A DNA stretch of 64,000 nucleotides, from positions 9,238,001 through 9,302,000 of the forward strand of contig CATNEN010000007.1 in assembly GCA_950097015.1 (NCBI GenBank), in the 5' to 3' direction. The position numbers and the translations under genes were made by a program. The stretch is from Macrostomum hystrix (Eukaryota > Animalia > Platyhelminthes). Below, one piece after another: positions 61,103 through 64,000 of the stretch (position 1 is its first letter; every line of letters starts with the position of its first letter). Below the pieces are notes generated by a model that saw only the letters and a list, made by a program, of their open reading frames with translations, ran no database searches and was not told the origin of the DNA.

Positions 61103-64000
61103 ATGGGCATCGCTGATCAAGTTGACGAGCTGCTGCTGGGCACAGCTGACAACACTGGTCGGTTGGAAGCCTTTGTTCAGCGCGCTCTGATTAAAGCTAT
61201 TCGTTGCGGCCATTGCAGCCTGGTGCGACACCTGCTCCGACGCTGGTCGGCCGACTCCAACCACAGCTACTCAGAGATGTTCAGGATCACGCCTCTGGGA
61301 ATGGCGGCACGCTTGGGAAACTCGGAGATTGTTGCCAGTCTGCTGGAAGCCGGCGCTGACCCGGACTTGCCCGAGCAGCGCTTGCTCGGTTACCAGCCGC
61401 TGCGCTACGCTGTGAAGGCTGGTCACCGGCACGTCGTCGAGCTGCTGTTTCGCGCTGGCGCCACGCCCGACAGCCGCATCAGCTCGGGGTACTGTGCTCT
61501 TGCCTGCGCCGTTGAGAATGGCGACCATGACATTGTCCACATATTAGTCTGCAATTCACGCATCAATCCATCGTTTCTCGGTGGTGAGGTGCTCACAACC
61601 GCCTTGTGCCTGGCTGTTCAAGAGAGCCCCGAAATAGTTAGGTTGCTGTTGGCCTGTGGTGCCGACCCGAATCGATGCAGCCGAGGGTTGAACAAGCAGC
61701 CTAAAGACTTAAACGGAACGCCAATTATGGTGGCTGCTAGGTCCTGCTCCTTGACGACAATTGAACATCTTCTGAGGGCCGGTGCGAATCCCAATCCCGA
61801 CGTTAACTCAGCAGACCAACAGCCAGCGATTGTGGCAGCCAGATTCTGCGCCTGGCCCATCATTGCCAGACTCCTAGAGGCTATCAAGGACGCCTCTGAT
61901 GATGATGAGAAAAGTAACAGTTTGCTGCTACGGTGCTCAAATGCAGCCGCTTGTGCCTGTAATGGCCCTGTGCTTCAGGAACTGTTGAAATTTCGAGAGG
62001 TTAGGGAATTTTTATCCACCGATCCGTCTCTTCGGCAAGGACTATACTCGCTGGCTGAAAACATAGCGAGAGGAAATTCAGATAACATAGAGCTCTTTTG
62101 TCAAATATTGAACATGAGGAGCGAAGAAGATAAACAGCATTTTTTTAAACAAGCGATAAGCTATTCCGCTCAGGAAGAACAGCAAGACAGTGCAAAGAAA
62201 CTACTCAACTTGTGGTCACCACCCGATGTGGAGCGAAAGCAACTTCTCGGTCGCATTCTGAGTACAGCCGTACACTCTGGTTCTGAGAATACTATGCGAA
62301 TGGCGATCAACTTTGGTCTCCGCCCTGCAGTCGACTTAAGCGCCTCCGATTGCGACTTCCTGATTGCAAGAGCTCTGGAAAGAACTGATTCGAAAGCGCT
62401 ATCAATATTGCTGGAAAACGGTCTCAGCATTGCCGAATTCATTGAGCACAAGCCCGATAGGTTAGTCCGCTCCCTGGATACTGAGGCAGCTAATTGCAGT
62501 AAGAACATTATGTGCTTTGTACTCGGTCACCTGACATCCGTTCAGGTTCAGGCTGTTGCCCACGCTGCTATCACTGGTGGCTTCATCGCGTTAAGTATAT
62601 CACTGGTGGCCAACTTGGAAGATCTTAGCTGCCGATCAACCAACACCGACAACTGGACCCTGCTGATGCGAGCAGCGGACAGAGGCTACGTTGAAATCGT
62701 CCAGGCTCTGCTTGCTAAAGGAGTCGATCGCGAGGAGACTGTCGAAGGACCTCACGGACTCCGATCGGCACTGGACATTGCTCGAAGCGCCGGGCATCAG
62801 GCCATTGTGAACCTACTGGACGGCTCGAGTCAGTTACTGCCATCTGACCATACGGAAGGCACTTCTTTCTGGTAAATTTTGACCGTAATTAATTTGAGTT
62901 ATGACCGTATTGAAATGGCTAGAGGAAAAGCTTAAAAATTTTAATGGCTTCCTTTTGTAGCACTTCCAGTCCTCCATTTCCGGCAGTAGACTTTAGAATT
63001 ATGCTTCAGGAGATTCAGATCAGGTGAGCATAGAAATTGCCCATAAAAAATTTCTTACATAAACATTTTCAAACCTATTATTGTTATTTATTGATATCTT
63101 GGATGAAGTTCAGAGTACAATAACCCGCTAAGAACAGTGCGCTTTCGAATATGCTCCCAGACTTGCCTCTGAGTGTTGATCATGTAGATAAGATGATTTT
63201 TGATGAGCTAGACCGGTCCATCACATTACCTCGCATTAAAATTGAAAGACGCTGTAATTCTGCTAATGAATTACCCCTGACAACACAAATCGTCAGCGAA
63301 TGTCCGACAGAGGACGCAGCGATGAGTCAGCGCCTGCACCAGCTACTTGTGAGTGCAGGATTCACGCAGGAGAGAGCCCAGTTCCAGTGTCAGATGGCGG
63401 AGTTCCTGCAGAAGCTCGCAGGTCATGCACTCCGGCCAGATCGGCGTGTCATGACCGGTAGCTACTCGGACGGCTGGGGCAACAGCCTCGTGCAGGTGAC
63501 AGGCAAAACCGCCAGAGACTCTGACATTGATTGGACCGTCATCCAGGAAGGGGAGACGTTTCACATCTTCTTCGGCTGCCAGTGTGTGAATGTGCGACGG
63601 CTGCGTCTGGAGGTTGTCGAGGGTCACGCAAAGATTGAGGCGCATGCAGGTGCGTCTGCAAAAATTGACTGCCCAATTTTTTCCATTACTTACTCGTACT
63701 AGTTACTCGTACAACTCCCACTATGAGCTCGGATTTAAGTGCTAGAATAAGGTCTATTCTATTCAGGTGTCGCGTCGGTAAAACTCATAAAACTGAATCG
63801 CCGAACTGCAGGCAGCCAGCCGGCTGTAGCCGCTCCTCCCTGTGGAGTCCGGCCAGCCCAGGACACCTGCTACGCCTACATGTGCTGCAGCTCGTTCCAC
63901 ACGCACAGAATCAATGCCCTGATCAGCAACTCAGTCAATTGCGAGGGAAACGTGCATCTGGTACGGGCCACTCGACCAGACAAAACTGCCGAGCTGCGCG
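61103..64000 (+). CDS. Ankyrin-repeat protein fused to a cGAS/Mab-21-like nucleotidyltransferase (cGLR-like); truncated by the window end
   Basis: Predicted exons 61103-62871, 62961-63023, 63297-63649 and 63812->64000 splice in frame (phases 2, 2, 1). ANK repeats (TPLGMAARLGNSEIVASLLEAGADPD; TLLMRAADRGYVEIVQALLAKG). NTase motifs MTGSYSDG..DSDIDW, QDTCYAYMCC and NVHLVRATRP..ELR. No frameshifts seen; start codon is inferred. Confidence 0.82.

Noticed and set aside
51763-64000. Bacterial CBASS operon or endosymbiont ankyrin cluster
   Set aside because: The genes have spliceosomal introns, are interleaved with host genes and SINEs, and have no Cap effector genes.

Overview
This is eukaryotic (metazoan) genomic DNA with spliceosomal introns, not a prokaryotic window. 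The innexin, animal USP gene, GC3-rich exons and very high minisatellite density suggest a flatworm such as Macrostomum (inference). The left part (1-26.7 kb) holds about 15 different minisatellite arrays separated by short unique islands, an innexin coding exon at the far left, and a candidate upstream exon pair at 16.3-16.9 kb. Next come a complete 9-exon alpha7-like nicotinic acetylcholine receptor subunit (minus), a frameshifted RTE-type LINE with a 12-bp target-site duplication, a universal stress protein gene, SCPx (thiolase + SCP2), a small EGF-transmembrane gene, an orphan secreted peptide gene and an 11beta-HSD-like SDR. Six copies or fragments of one tRNA-derived SINE are scattered through the window. 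The most notable element is at the right end: two divergently oriented paralogous genes that join different ankyrin-type repeat arrays to the same cGAS/Mab-21-like (cGLR) nucleotidyltransferase domain. One copy is disrupted and carries about 29 unusual 33-aa Cys-Cys repeats; the other appears intact and runs off the window. All exon structures were read by eye and no database searches were run.
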